Position numbers and translations under genes: made by a program | Shown here: positions 1-9,700 of the stretch, piece after piece | Numbering within the stretch: position 1 is the first letter of the stretch | How the letters are laid out: each line of letters opens with the position of its first letter | The notes under the pieces: generated by a model | The model's database searches: none | Told to the model about the DNA's origin: nothing | The model's input: the letters and a program-made list of their open reading frames with translations, nothing else | Virus record (IMG/VR): IMGVR_UViG_3300018878_000140 | Location: 58,053-78,052 of that record | Direction: 5' to 3' (one strand) | Source of the DNA: an uncultured virus (IMG/VR IMGVR_UViG_3300018878_000140) | Lineage: Duplodnaviria > Heunggongvirae > Uroviricota > Caudoviricetes | Length of the DNA: 20,000 bases

Positions 1-907
1 AAGAATAATTGAGCATACCTGAACCAACACACATGCTAAATAATCTTTCTACAGATTCTTTAACACCATTTTCCATAACAAGCAATACAACACATGGTCT
101 TTTTGTTGGATCAGCACATTGATAATTACGATTATATCTTTTAATCTGAATTGCCATATCGAGCAATGTACTAGATTTACCTTCACCAGGTAATCCTAAT
201 ATGGTATAAACTCTACCGGCTTCAACACCGCCACCTGTTAATGCATTTAAAGCTTGTACACCAAACTGAAGTTTATTAGATGGTGATGATAACTGACGAT
301 ACGTGTCCGTCATTGCTTCTATAAATGTATCTCCATCTAATGAGAATGTTATATCCTCAGCAGTATCAGCTTTAGATCTACGAAACTTAACTTGTAAAGC
401 ATTAACCCAATCTTCAATTTCTTTAACAACAGCCCCTCTATTAATATAGTCTGTTGCTTTAAATTTAGTTAATAGAGCTAATCCTTTATCTATATCATTA
501 TATATAATCGCATATTTAAGAGTTTCTGATACTGTATTATTAACCCACTGAACTTCATTATTATTAAGCTCAGAAAGTCCATCTATTTTTTCACCGCCAA
601 GACCACCTGCGATTTGGCTTAATATCATATTTTTATTATTAAGGTTATGGGTTAATCTAGCATCTATACCTTTCATAATAAAATCTATTCTTGATAAACG
701 TTCTTGATCACCATTATAATTATCCATATTCATAGTAAGAAACAAGTTTCTCATATTAATAACATTTCCTCTATGAATATTTCTATTTTCACTTACTATA
801 TAAGCACACATTAAGTCAAGTTCTGTAATATCAAACTTGACATCAATAACAAAATTTTGATTCTTTATAGGTGAACCAGGACCATATCTCTGCCTTCTAT
901 TTTCCAT
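1..907 (-). CDS. DnaB/RecA-family replicative helicase, N-terminal part (runs off the window start; absent from the ORF track)
   Basis: Manual translation from ATG at 907 (SD AGGAGGG upstream): MENRRQRYGPGSP...LQFGVQALNALTGGGVEAGRVYTILGLPGEGKSSTLLDMA...CVVLLVMEN. Contains Walker A GLPGEGKS and a DnaB H1a-like motif; the frame is open to the window edge. Confidence 0.88.
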   Translation of the reverse strand, partial: MENRRQRYGPGSPIKNQNFVIDVKFDITELDLMCAYIVSENRNIHRGNVINMRNLFLTMNMDNYNGDQERLSRIDFIMKGIDARLTHNLNNKNMILSQIAGGLGGEKIDGLSELNNNEVQWVNNTVSETLKYAIIYNDIDKGLALLTKFKATDYINRGAVVKEIEDWVNALQVKFRRSKADTAEDITFSLDGDTFIEAMTDTYRQLSSPSNKLQFGVQALNALTGGGVEAGRVYTILGLPGEGKSSTLLDMAIQIKRYNRNYQCADPTKRPCVVLLVMENGVKESVERLFSMCVGSGMLNYS

Positions 908-918
908 GGTTTCCCTCC

Positions 919-952
919 TAACCTAGACTTGTGTATTTAAATGTCTAGGTTA
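919..952 (-). promoter_or_regulatory. 10-bp inverted repeat overlapping a late-type promoter (GACA-TTTAAA-TA, 945->934) and abutting the helicase RBS
   Basis: TAACCTAGAC (919-928) / GTCTAGGTTA (943-952), 14-nt spacer. On the - strand the 3' arm runs directly into AGGAGGG. Confidence 0.6.
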
Positions 953-977
953 ATAATATAATTAAATTTATTTGGTA

Positions 978-1421
978 TTATTCATCTTTATCCCAAGTGA
1001 CATCTAAATTACCATGCATCGCCATTTTTCTCAATGTTTGTCTTTTTTGCCATTCTTCACATTCTGATTCTAGTAATTTTTGATATTCTTCACAACTTTC
1101 AATCATATTTCTAACTGTATTAATTTTTATATTAGTATATGAGTGATCATAATTTACTTTAACCCATGATATTAGTAAAAATCCTATGATGTAAATACCA
1201 CAAAATATACCAATTGATTTTAAACATGGTAACCAGCCTTTAGTCACACTTATATAAATACTCGATATAACCATAAACCAAACTGCAATAGTTTTTATTG
1301 TACGAGTAAAGCATTCAAATAAAGCATAATTAGCTGCAAATTTAATATCTATATCAATAACTTTAGATGATATTTCTTTTTCGCATTCATCTATAGTTTT
1401 ATAATAATAAATATTTCTCAT
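978..1421 (-). CDS. Hypothetical membrane protein (two predicted TM helices)
   Basis: 147 aa ORF with SD AAGGAG; hydrophobic segments IAVWFMVISSIYISV and IGIFCGIYIIGFLLISWV. Confidence 0.7.
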   Translation of the reverse strand: MRNIYYYKTIDECEKEISSKVIDIDIKFAANYALFECFTRTIKTIAVWFMVISSIYISVTKGWLPCLKSIGIFCGIYIIGFLLISWVKVNYDHSYTNIKINTVRNMIESCEEYQKLLESECEEWQKRQTLRKMAMHGNLDVTWDKDE

Positions 1422-1423
1422 TT

Positions 1424-2542
1424 CTATAAATCTCCTTCTAATAATTTAATTAATTCATCTGATGATATAAATTCGTAACCTTCATTTTGATTTACATACA
1501 TTACGAATTTATCATAATCTGATATTTCATTATCAAGAATATAAGAATATTGGATATTCTGCTCTAAAATAGTTTGATCTATTTCTTGCATTTGTTTATC
1601 CTTTTTATCTAATTCTTGTAATTTTACATTGTTAGAGTTTCTAAAATAGTTTCTAACAATATTCATATTTTCATTAGCATTATTAAATTGAACTCTAATG
1701 TAATCTATTCCTTGTTCTTCCTTAATCCTTTTAATATAATCAATAATATCTTTAGGATCAGATTTAATCAAGTGATCAATATTGATAGTATTATAAATAT
1801 AACTATCAATAGGAATTAGCTCAGTATAATGAGCTCTTTTATTTGGATTATAAAGAGTTACTAGAAATCCTTTTTCTTGTTCCTCTCCAAATCTAAATCT
1901 TAATGGACTTCCATTATAATAAGCATACTCCTGATAACATCCAGGAATATGATAATGTCCCATAAGAATAACCCCTGCACAATTACAAAATGAGTTAATT
2001 GAAAATACAGGAGCATGATTGCTTTTTAAAGTAGCAATTTCAGAACCTTTAAATGAATCTTTAAAAGTTCCATGCATTAAACAAATATCATATCTACCTG
2101 AATTAAATAATACTTCATTATATTCTTCTTCAGGTATACCATATCGTTCTGGAATGCATAAAATATTTAATCCTTTAACTTGTTCGAATTGTATTTTTTC
2201 TACGATCCTGACATCTAAGTTTGGATTATTCATGTAATGATAGAATAATGATAATTGACCATTATCATGACTTTGAGTTCCATCTACTATAATAAGTGTA
2301 GCATTTTTACTAGCACATAAATTAACAATATCATTTACCAATTGCATGGTATATGATATTATAGGATTATTACTCATAAATCTAGAATCAAATATATCTC
2401 CACATATTGCAAGTATATCAAAATCTAAATTTATTAATTTATCTATAAATTGTTGTTTTAGCTGAGTGTACATATAATGCGGATCTAAAGCCCCCATATG
2501 TATATCAGATATTGAGACAATTTTATATACGTCCTTATCCAT
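1424..2542 (-). CDS. SbcD/Mre11-like metallophosphoesterase nuclease
   Basis: Motifs SDIHMG, CGDIFD, GTQSHD, LMHG, MGHYH, YNGSP-RFRFGEEQEKGF. Start moved from 2572 to ATG 2542 (SD GAGG, overlaps the kinase stop codon). Confidence 0.88.
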   Translation of the reverse strand: MDKDVYKIVSISDIHMGALDPHYMYTQLKQQFIDKLINLDFDILAICGDIFDSRFMSNNPIISYTMQLVNDIVNLCASKNATLIIVDGTQSHDNGQLSLFYHYMNNPNLDVRIVEKIQFEQVKGLNILCIPERYGIPEEEYNEVLFNSGRYDICLMHGTFKDSFKGSEIATLKSNHAPVFSINSFCNCAGVILMGHYHIPGCYQEYAYYNGSPLRFRFGEEQEKGFLVTLYNPNKRAHYTELIPIDSYIYNTINIDHLIKSDPKDIIDYIKRIKEEQGIDYIRVQFNNANENMNIVRNYFRNSNNVKLQELDKKDKQMQEIDQTILEQNIQYSYILDNEISDYDKFVMYVNQNEGYEFISSDELIKLLEGDL

Positions 2543-3215
2543 AATATTCCTCAACTGTTCCACGTAGTGCAATTACATTATCAATTGTACCTACTAATCT
2601 TTTAAATACTTTTTCCATATCCATATTAGTAGTATCTATCATGCTGTGCACTGCACCAATAGTATTAACATCTTGTATATATAATCTAGAATAAGCATCA
2701 TTAATCTTCTTATAATCTTCTATAGGAAGTACATCATGCTTATTTCTTTCATGTCCTTCGGCTGCAGCTCTCTCTATAGCAACCTTTGGATCGCATAATA
2801 ATGTGAATTCTAATATATAACTAGAATCAATTATAGGTTTTTTAACCATACTTTCACACTGTTCGATAAATTTCATATTTCCATTTTTAAGTATTCCTTG
2901 ATATACTTTAGTGGATTTAGCAAATCTATCTAATATTACCAAACATCCATCATTTAATGCAGGTAATAAATTATTATTTATATTAATATTTCTAGCGGCA
3001 TTCATTAACAGAATTTCTGTAGTAGGATCCATTTCATTATAAAGAATCATATTACGAATATTTTCTGCTATTTCATTTCCGCCAGGTTCTCTAAAATATT
3101 TAGTATTATAACCTTTATCATTATAATATTCTACTAATTTTTTAGCTTGAGAAGTTTTTCCTGCCCCTTCTCCGCCTTCAAGTATTACTAATAAACCTTT
3201 AGTTATTTTTTTCAT
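2535..3215 (-). CDS. tmk: Thymidylate kinase family dNMP kinase
   Basis: P-loop LEGGEGAGKTSQ, FREPGG, LLMNAAR, VILDRF. Start moved to ATG 3215 (SD GGAGG at 3226-3230). Confidence 0.9.
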   Translation of the reverse strand: MKKITKGLLVILEGGEGAGKTSQAKKLVEYYNDKGYNTKYFREPGGNEIAENIRNMILYNEMDPTTEILLMNAARNININNNLLPALNDGCLVILDRFAKSTKVYQGILKNGNMKFIEQCESMVKKPIIDSSYILEFTLLCDPKVAIERAAAEGHERNKHDVLPIEDYKKINDAYSRLYIQDVNTIGAVHSMIDTTNMDMEKVFKRLVGTIDNVIALRGTVEEYYG

Positions 3216-3242
3216 AATAAAATATCCTCCATATTTATATTT

Positions 3243-3258
3243 CATACTTATAATATAT
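3243..3258 (-). promoter_or_regulatory. Early-type phage promoter ATATATTATAA-GTAT-G upstream of tmk
   Basis: Identical 11-mer also at 18667-18677. Resembles the phiKZ-like early TATATTA core. Confidence 0.55.
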
Positions 3259-3292
3259 CATTATATCTTTATTTCGCTTTAAATTATATTCC

Positions 3293-3304
3293 AACATATT
3301 TGTA
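3293..3304 (+). promoter_or_regulatory. Late-type phage promoter AACA-TATTTG-TA with no downstream CDS
   Basis: Perfect AACA-N6-TA match, pointing into the intergenic hairpin cluster. Confidence 0.5.
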
Positions 3305-3412
3305 AAAGTTATTTGATAACTTTTATGTGATGGTAAGACCGTTGCAAGGTAAAATATTTGTTCATTTTTGTTCTCCGGTACGAACCCCAAGAGGTTAACT
3401 CCTCTTGGGGGT
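3304..3412 (+). ncRNA. Candidate structured small RNA (~110 nt)
   Basis: Promoter motif, then hairpin 3303-3325 (10 bp), hairpin 3326-3346 (9 bp with three G-U pairs that form only on the + strand RNA) and a GC-rich terminal hairpin at 3385-3410. Confidence 0.45.
3385..3410. terminator. GC-rich stem-loop, probable (bidirectional) terminator
   Basis: CCCCAAGAGG-TTAACT-CCTCTTGGGG, a perfect 10-bp stem 9 nt after the stop of the upstream - strand gene. No clear U-tract. Confidence 0.65.
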
Positions 3413-3419
3413 AGTATCA

Positions 3420-3917
3420 TCAAAATTTTTTGTTTTTAAAATAATATGTAATTAATTCACATACTCCGTCCATTAAGCATGATGTAATAAACAAAAACTT
3501 TTCTTGATCGTAAATATCTATAAATTGATAATCGCCATCTATAAAAGTTATATATTCTTTTTCTGATTTTGTATTTTGACCTCTGCGTTCTATCTCAATA
3601 TTAATTGTTCTAGATTCCTTAAGCAATACAAATCCTATGGTAAAAGAATCTTTTTGTTTATAAAACATACTACATGCTGTTGATCTAGTGTAACCCTTTG
3701 GCAGGGTTCCAGTGAATAAATGTAATGAATCATTGTTTCCATACATATACGTATTTCTAAGAATTCTAATGAATTCATCTATACGACACATCTGATCAAA
3801 TGACGGGCTTAATTTTTTACATTTTTTAATAAGTTTTCTATAAGCTCTCCAAGCCTTGATATCAAATTTATGTTTTCGCATAATAATGGGCTTTATAAAT
3901 TCATTAACATTATCCAT
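3420..3917 (-). CDS. Hypothetical protein
   Basis: ORF; start moved to ATG 3917 (SD GAGGTG, 6 nt spacing). Confidence 0.7.
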   Translation of the reverse strand: MDNVNEFIKPIIMRKHKFDIKAWRAYRKLIKKCKKLSPSFDQMCRIDEFIRILRNTYMYGNNDSLHLFTGTLPKGYTRSTACSMFYKQKDSFTIGFVLLKESRTINIEIERRGQNTKSEKEYITFIDGDYQFIDIYDQEKFLFITSCLMDGVCELITYYFKNKKF

Positions 3918-3957
3918 CTTTATCACCTCTATTCTATTTCATTATTTTAATGCTTTA

Positions 3958-4422
3958 TTAAATATATCTAGTAGCTTCGAAGATAATATCTAAATATATA
4001 TTTTTTAAATCATCTGTTAATGGTTCCCATATTTTATTTATTATACTACTATTTTTAGTATTACGATAAATAGTATATGATATATTTTTATCTGTTATTT
4101 CAAATCTATTAGATTTTGGATAATAAGTAACTATAGATTCATTCTTATAACCATCAATTGTACAATACGTGCCCATATCTATATTTATAAAATTTATATC
4201 ATATGTAACACCCCATACAGATTCAGATGGTAACTCTTTTAAACTAAGCAGGAAAGTAATAATATTATCAGAAGCATCAAATATATCTAAATTTAAAAAT
4301 TTATTTATATTATTATTTAATAATTTATTTTCTTTATATATAGATACTATCTTCCATTTAGGTAACTGATTAATATGAATTTTACTTAAACATATGGCAT
4401 GAATTAAATTCATAATATTCAA
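3958..4422 (-). CDS. Hypothetical protein
   Basis: 154 aa ORF, TTG start 8 nt after SD GGGAGG (alternative ATG at 4413). Confidence 0.65.
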   Translation of the reverse strand: MNIMNLIHAICLSKIHINQLPKWKIVSIYKENKLLNNNINKFLNLDIFDASDNIITFLLSLKELPSESVWGVTYDINFINIDMGTYCTIDGYKNESIVTYYPKSNRFEITDKNISYTIYRNTKNSSIINKIWEPLTDDLKNIYLDIIFEATRYI

Positions 4423-5145
4423 CTAAAATACCTCCCAATTAAGATTTTTATATGCATTTTCTATATTTATAATATTATAATATGAATTAACAAGAGAGAG
4501 GAATGTATATTCACAGTCGTTAATATATTTTAAATGATCTGGGTTAGTGAAGTTTAAAACAAATTCATTATAAGAAACACTATTTTTTGATAATTGTAAT
4601 ATAATACATCCATCTATTTCTATACCAAGCTCATTACGAAGCATATAACGATATGCGGCTAATTGTAAAATATATTTAAAAGTAATATGATTACTAGTCT
4701 TATAATCTACTAAATATATTTTACCATTAATTTCATATAATCCATCTAATGTGCCGCCAAAATATTTGCATGCTAAAGATTTTTCATGGAAAATAACTCT
4801 TACGTTTGCTGCATTATTTATATCTGTAAACCATTTTAAAAATGATTGATATGCATTATAAGATTGATTTGGCATAGATGTAGCATCTGCTTCATAATTA
4901 TCATTACTTAAAAAGTTATCTATGTTTTCATGAGCATGATGTCCTACGTTAGCTGCAGCATCTAAAGTTTTAGCATATGATTGATGCTTAAATCCTAAAG
5001 AATTAGCCCAATACATAAGTGAGTCTGAATGTATGCATTTTGAAAGTATTTTTGTAACTCTGGGTACAATTATACCATTATGAATATAGTCAGATTCTAC
5101 ATTTATAGGTGGCATTTTTTCTAATATTTTTACCATTTCATTCAT
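4423..5145 (-). CDS. PD-(D/E)XK family (RecB/Cas4/lambda-exonuclease-like) nuclease
   Basis: VPRVTKIL, VGHHAHENI, FHE, FGGTLDGL...LVDYKTS...LQLAAY. Start uncertain (5145, 5163 or 5217); 5145 overlaps the upstream stop. Confidence 0.85.
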   Translation of the reverse strand: MNEMVKILEKMPPINVESDYIHNGIIVPRVTKILSKCIHSDSLMYWANSLGFKHQSYAKTLDAAANVGHHAHENIDNFLSNDNYEADATSMPNQSYNAYQSFLKWFTDINNAANVRVIFHEKSLACKYFGGTLDGLYEINGKIYLVDYKTSNHITFKYILQLAAYRYMLRNELGIEIDGCIILQLSKNSVSYNEFVLNFTNPDHLKYINDCEYTFLSLVNSYYNIINIENAYKNLNWEVF

Positions 5146-5695
5146 TTGAACTATTATCCCCATAGCGTTTTTCAAATTCTTGAATTGCTTCTTTTGCAAT
5201 TTCATCAATTGTGCCATATGGTATAAACCATATATTTTCTATAACATATTTAAGATTATTGTACACAATTTTTATTTCTTCACTATTTCCACTTTTTACA
5301 GTATCTCTTGATATATTACCTAATTCCACAACTACATCTTTATAGAACATTGGTCTTAGTAATAAGCTACTTAAAATTCTATTAATTACCCAAAGTTTAC
5401 TAACTTGAATAGCGTTAATACCTTCAAGAGCATATAAGCTACCATATATTATCTGGCAGCATTCAATAACATGGCGATTTTCAAATGATAGCAATGTATC
5501 ATTAGTTAAATCTTCAGTATCTTTAACTTTATCAATATATGATTTTACATTTGGAAGAGTCATCAAATACATACCGACTATAGCATTTGGATTTTCTATA
5601 TTAAAGTTAATTTTATGAACAGGGCTTCCTGATTTGATTTTCTTTAAAAAATCATTATATTCGTCCATACTAAACTCTTGTTTATTATTTTCCAT
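5138..5695 (-). CDS. Hypothetical protein
   Basis: 185 aa ORF with SD GGAGG; first gene of a leftward operon. Confidence 0.7.
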   Translation of the reverse strand: MENNKQEFSMDEYNDFLKKIKSGSPVHKINFNIENPNAIVGMYLMTLPNVKSYIDKVKDTEDLTNDTLLSFENRHVIECCQIIYGSLYALEGINAIQVSKLWVINRILSSLLLRPMFYKDVVVELGNISRDTVKSGNSEEIKIVYNNLKYVIENIWFIPYGTIDEIAKEAIQEFEKRYGDNSSNE

Positions 5696-5775
5696 TTTTA
5701 CACGCCTCCATTTTATATCATTTTTATATTAAATGTAGTTAACTTTTTATATTTTAAATATTCCAAAATAGCCAA

Positions 5776-5787
5776 AACATCTTATTA
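5776..5787 (+). promoter_or_regulatory. Late-type phage promoter AACA-TCTTAT-TA
   Basis: Perfect AACA-N6-TA 26 nt upstream of ATG 5814. Confidence 0.6.
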
Positions 5788-5813
5788 AATAATCATGCAG
5801 GAGGTGCTCCAAA

Positions 5814-6755
5814 ATGGCAAAAACATACTCTCAAACATACTTATTTGGTCAGTATGGAGAATACGAAAAGAAAATATATGAATTTATTATCAATGCGGAA
5901 CGCATTGATACTAAGAGTGCAGAATTTGATGATATACTTTATGATATTAAACGTAGAAAAATAAGCGACCATTTGGCAAAAATTATAACATCTGATAATG
6001 TTGTGGTTGCTATAAATCCTACAGGTAGAGCATTGCCTAAAGCATTTAAAGCTTTTGTTGCTGCCGATGTTAAAGATGGTAATAAAGTCAAAGTATTTAT
6101 TGATGTTACAGAATGTGTAGTTTATAAAGATGGCGTTTATGTATGTAATAAATTAGATTGGCTTGTAAGTTATGTTATTAATGCTATGACAGCGTATATA
6201 TACGTCAAGGCTGAAAATAAATTATTAGGTAACGCATCAGTTCTTAAAGATGGATGTGATGCATGGGTATCATGCTTCTCTTATATTATAGATAGAATGT
6301 ATAAGATTAGCACAGTACCTCAGATTAAGCGTAGAGTTAATTACTTATCTGCTATATATTATCAAACTAATATAATGTGTAAAGATCTTAAAAAGTTTGA
6401 GGATTCTATCAAGGCTAATGCAATTAGAGTTTCAGGTATTGATTCTAAAGATGCTAGAGTTATGGATATGATGATAGAAGAAAAAGACTTTACAAATATT
6501 GATACATTTGTGAAAGCATTAGGTAGAGTAATTAATCTTAAAGATATTAAAACAAGTAATATTGTTTCATACTGGATGAATGCATTTGGACCTGGAACAG
6601 TATTTGCTTTAGAATATTTCCCTGCATTTTCTATGATGATGACAAATACATATGTTGGAGCATATATTGACCAGCAGATGACAATAGAAAAAGTAGCAGG
6701 GCAATCAATGATTAGATTTTCAAAAACAATTCTTCAGATAGGAGCTAGTGTATAA
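5814..6755 (+). CDS. Hypothetical protein, probable virion/assembly protein
   Basis: 313 aa ORF with SD AGGAGGT and a late-type promoter; translationally coupled (TAATG) to the 1448 aa gene. Function inferred from context only. Confidence 0.6.
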   Translation: MAKTYSQTYLFGQYGEYEKKIYEFIINAERIDTKSAEFDDILYDIKRRKISDHLAKIITSDNVVVAINPTGRALPKAFKAFVAADVKDGNKVKVFIDVTECVVYKDGVYVCNKLDWLVSYVINAMTAYIYVKAENKLLGNASVLKDGCDAWVSCFSYIIDRMYKISTVPQIKRRVNYLSAIYYQTNIMCKDLKKFEDSIKANAIRVSGIDSKDARVMDMMIEEKDFTNIDTFVKALGRVINLKDIKTSNIVSYWMNAFGPGTVFALEYFPAFSMMMTNTYVGAYIDQQMTIEKVAGQSMIRFSKTILQIGASV

Positions 6756-9700
6756 TGGATAAATTGAGCGAAAAAATTATAAGTACGCTCAAGAGTAATA
6801 CATATAACTCTGTTTATCAAAATACATTAGCAAAGCTACCTATTGTTATTACTGAAGAGGGTACTTATATTAATAAAATTGAGATTGATGGAGATTTATA
6901 TTTTGCTGTAACTTCAGAAGATGGTTCAATAAAGGAAACTTATTCAAGCAATGAAATACAAGTTGATGTTAAAGATACAGTATTTACGGATTATAATCCT
7001 GATAATGTAGTTGCTTTAAATAAAATCAATATTGAAAAAGAACTTATCAGAAAATGTAGATTGGTTAATGTTGAAAAGTTCCATTATGATGATACTTGGT
7101 ATAGCCATAGATGCTCTGTAGATAATAGAATAGAAAATTTTGGCATACTCCAAGTTGGTAATCTACCATTTAGATCTTTAGATAAATTGGTTAATAAAAA
7201 ATCATTTATTTGTAGAATGGATCAACTTATATTTACTGGTATAATGCAACCATTTATGTTATTTATTAATCGTAAATTTGTAAATTGGAATAATATTGAT
7301 ATAGTATTTGATTGTGATGAATCTTATTTACTTATTCATGAGGATAAGTATGAATATAAGGATGAAGATGGTAATAAAAAGACTAAATATATATATAATT
7401 ATTATGATCTTAAAGATGCTAATGATATGTATATGATTATTTTACCATATAGTGTAGAATTTGTTGGAACAGAGTCTGATGAAATATGGGACAAAAACTA
7501 TGAAATGCTTTGTAGTTTCTTACAAGATTCTCTTCATCTTAATAATGATAATAAAATTGAAATTGAAGTACCTACAATGTATTCTATATATAAAAATCGT
7601 GGAATGGTTTATAATGTAGGTGCTTGGTTGTTTTCTCAACTTCATATGAATTATCTTGATTCATTATCAGAAATAAGAATTAAAAAGCTTAAAAATATAA
7701 ATCTTGAAAGAAAGATATATGATGATAATGGAAATTTATTAGAAATTTATCGTACTAGATTTAATGCTATGGATAAAGATAGTTATGATATGGAAACTTA
7801 TAATAAGATTTGTTATGGGGATAAATATCGTATTATTAATCATCCTACATTTAAATTTAATGATGATGGTATACTTGATTATGAAAACGGTACTAATATT
7901 TTAACAATATTAGATGAAAGTCTTAAAATTAAAAGAATTGTAAGAAAAGATAAAAAGATCATAATAAATCAGTCATCAGACAATGAGACTTTATTTAAAG
8001 AAAGTTTTATTGTATTTAAAAATGGAAAGTATTATCAAGAATGTGAATTTGATTATTATGATTCTAATATATTTACGATAAATAATGAAAACGAAGATAC
8101 TTTAGATATAATTTCATTTATTCCTGATGATATTGAATATATAAGTAATCATAAAAATCATTTTATAAATAAAGATTTCTACGCTAATAAGATTTTAGAT
8201 TATATACATGATAAATTTATTGAGCCAAAGACAGATGATGAAAGTAAGAAACGTATTAATGATATGGAAGAACTACTTAAAATATCATCAAATAATCTTA
8301 ATTATTTATTCTTAGATTCGTATAAATATGAAGAAAATTTAAATAGTGGATTTAATTCAATAATGAATTATGATCCATTGTTGCTTAATGATTCAATAAA
8401 AACAAGTATTAGATCTAAGTCTATTCGTGGTTCTGAGGCTAATAAATATATTATTAAAGAAGCTCTTAAAGATTATGATAAAGACGGTAAATTATATAAA
8501 CGAGATGCTTTAAAAATTACAAGATGCAAGTATACTGATCATGAATCATATGTACTTATATTTCTTAATGGTGAACTTATAGAAAATTATAGCGAAATGT
8601 ATGTAACATCAAACTATTTTCTTTTACCATTAGATGAAGAGTTTAACAGTGATGATATTATTGAATTGCTCTATTTTACAGATTGTGACAATAATGAAAT
8701 TCATTTTAATATTACTGATAATATGATTGCAAAATTAGAAGAATCTGATGATACTAAATTTGTAAAAACAGATTTGTTCAAAGAATATATCAAATCAGAA
8801 GATATAAAAATATTTGCAGATTATCCTAATAACTTAATTTATAAAGATCTTATAGAAAAAAATAATGATATTGCGTTTAATATTTCTTATAGAAATACTA
8901 ATAAAGATTTATTAGTATTTAAAGATGAAATTGAAAATAAGAATAATAATCTTACAGCAGTATCATCTCGTAAATTTATTTATGAAAGACTCTATGTAGA
9001 TCAAAAAGCATATAGAATTAAATTAGGAGAAAGATTTAGATATTGTGATAACCAAAAACAGTACATGCTATTTATTAATGGTCGTCGTATGGAAGATGAT
9101 ACATTTTTAATCACAATTCCTAAATACACTAGACCTTTCTGGGGTATGTTTTTATATACTGCAAAATTTGTAGAACCTGGTGATAGAATAGAAATATTCT
9201 ATGTGCCCGAGGAATTAAATAATATAAATACTGAAGAGGTTGCACCTTCTACATTTAATATAGATGGTTATATTGAAACTGAGAAGGAGAATCTTAAAGT
9301 TCCATATACGGGTGATTTTTATCTTTATTTTGTTAATGGTAAAAAAATTCCTAATGATGATATAATACCAGTAGATTCTCATACAGTGAAATTAAAATCT
9401 AATCCAGGTTCTCTTTTAAAATTAAATATAAATCCAGTATATAGAGATATCAATAATAATATCGCAAAATATATGCAAAGTAGTTCAATATCTAAATATG
9501 ACAAATTTATTGATATTATTAAAGAAAAATTTACTTATTATTGGTTGGATAGATTGTTTGATGCTCAAATTAAAATATCACAAAATCCAACTGAAGAAGA
9601 AGTAAATAAACTTAAAACTAATGTAGGTACTATTGCGCTTGTTAATGAAATTGTAAGAGATTTCTGGGTCACAGGCGGAGTTGAATACAATAAAATAGAT

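Noticed and set aside
2019..2237. Short antisense or overlapping ORFs (2019-2237, 4169-4369, 10845-11030, 12771-13001, 13881-14099, 15211-15501, 15260-15469)
   Set aside because: They lie within, opposite or largely overlapping well-supported genes, with no clear RBS or motifs; shadow ORFs.
3304..3412. tRNA interpretation of the hairpin cluster
   Set aside because: No acceptor stem, no TTC-containing T-loop in the right context, no CCA end.
3235..3423. 62 aa ORF on the - strand
   Set aside because: No SD. It runs through a GC terminator-like hairpin and the tmk promoter, and the region is better explained as non-coding. The ATGA overlap with the upstream stop leaves a small possibility.
4423..5145. 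Cas4 / CRISPR system
   Set aside because: Lacks the four-Cys Fe-S cluster motif of Cas4; no repeat-spacer array or other cas genes seen.
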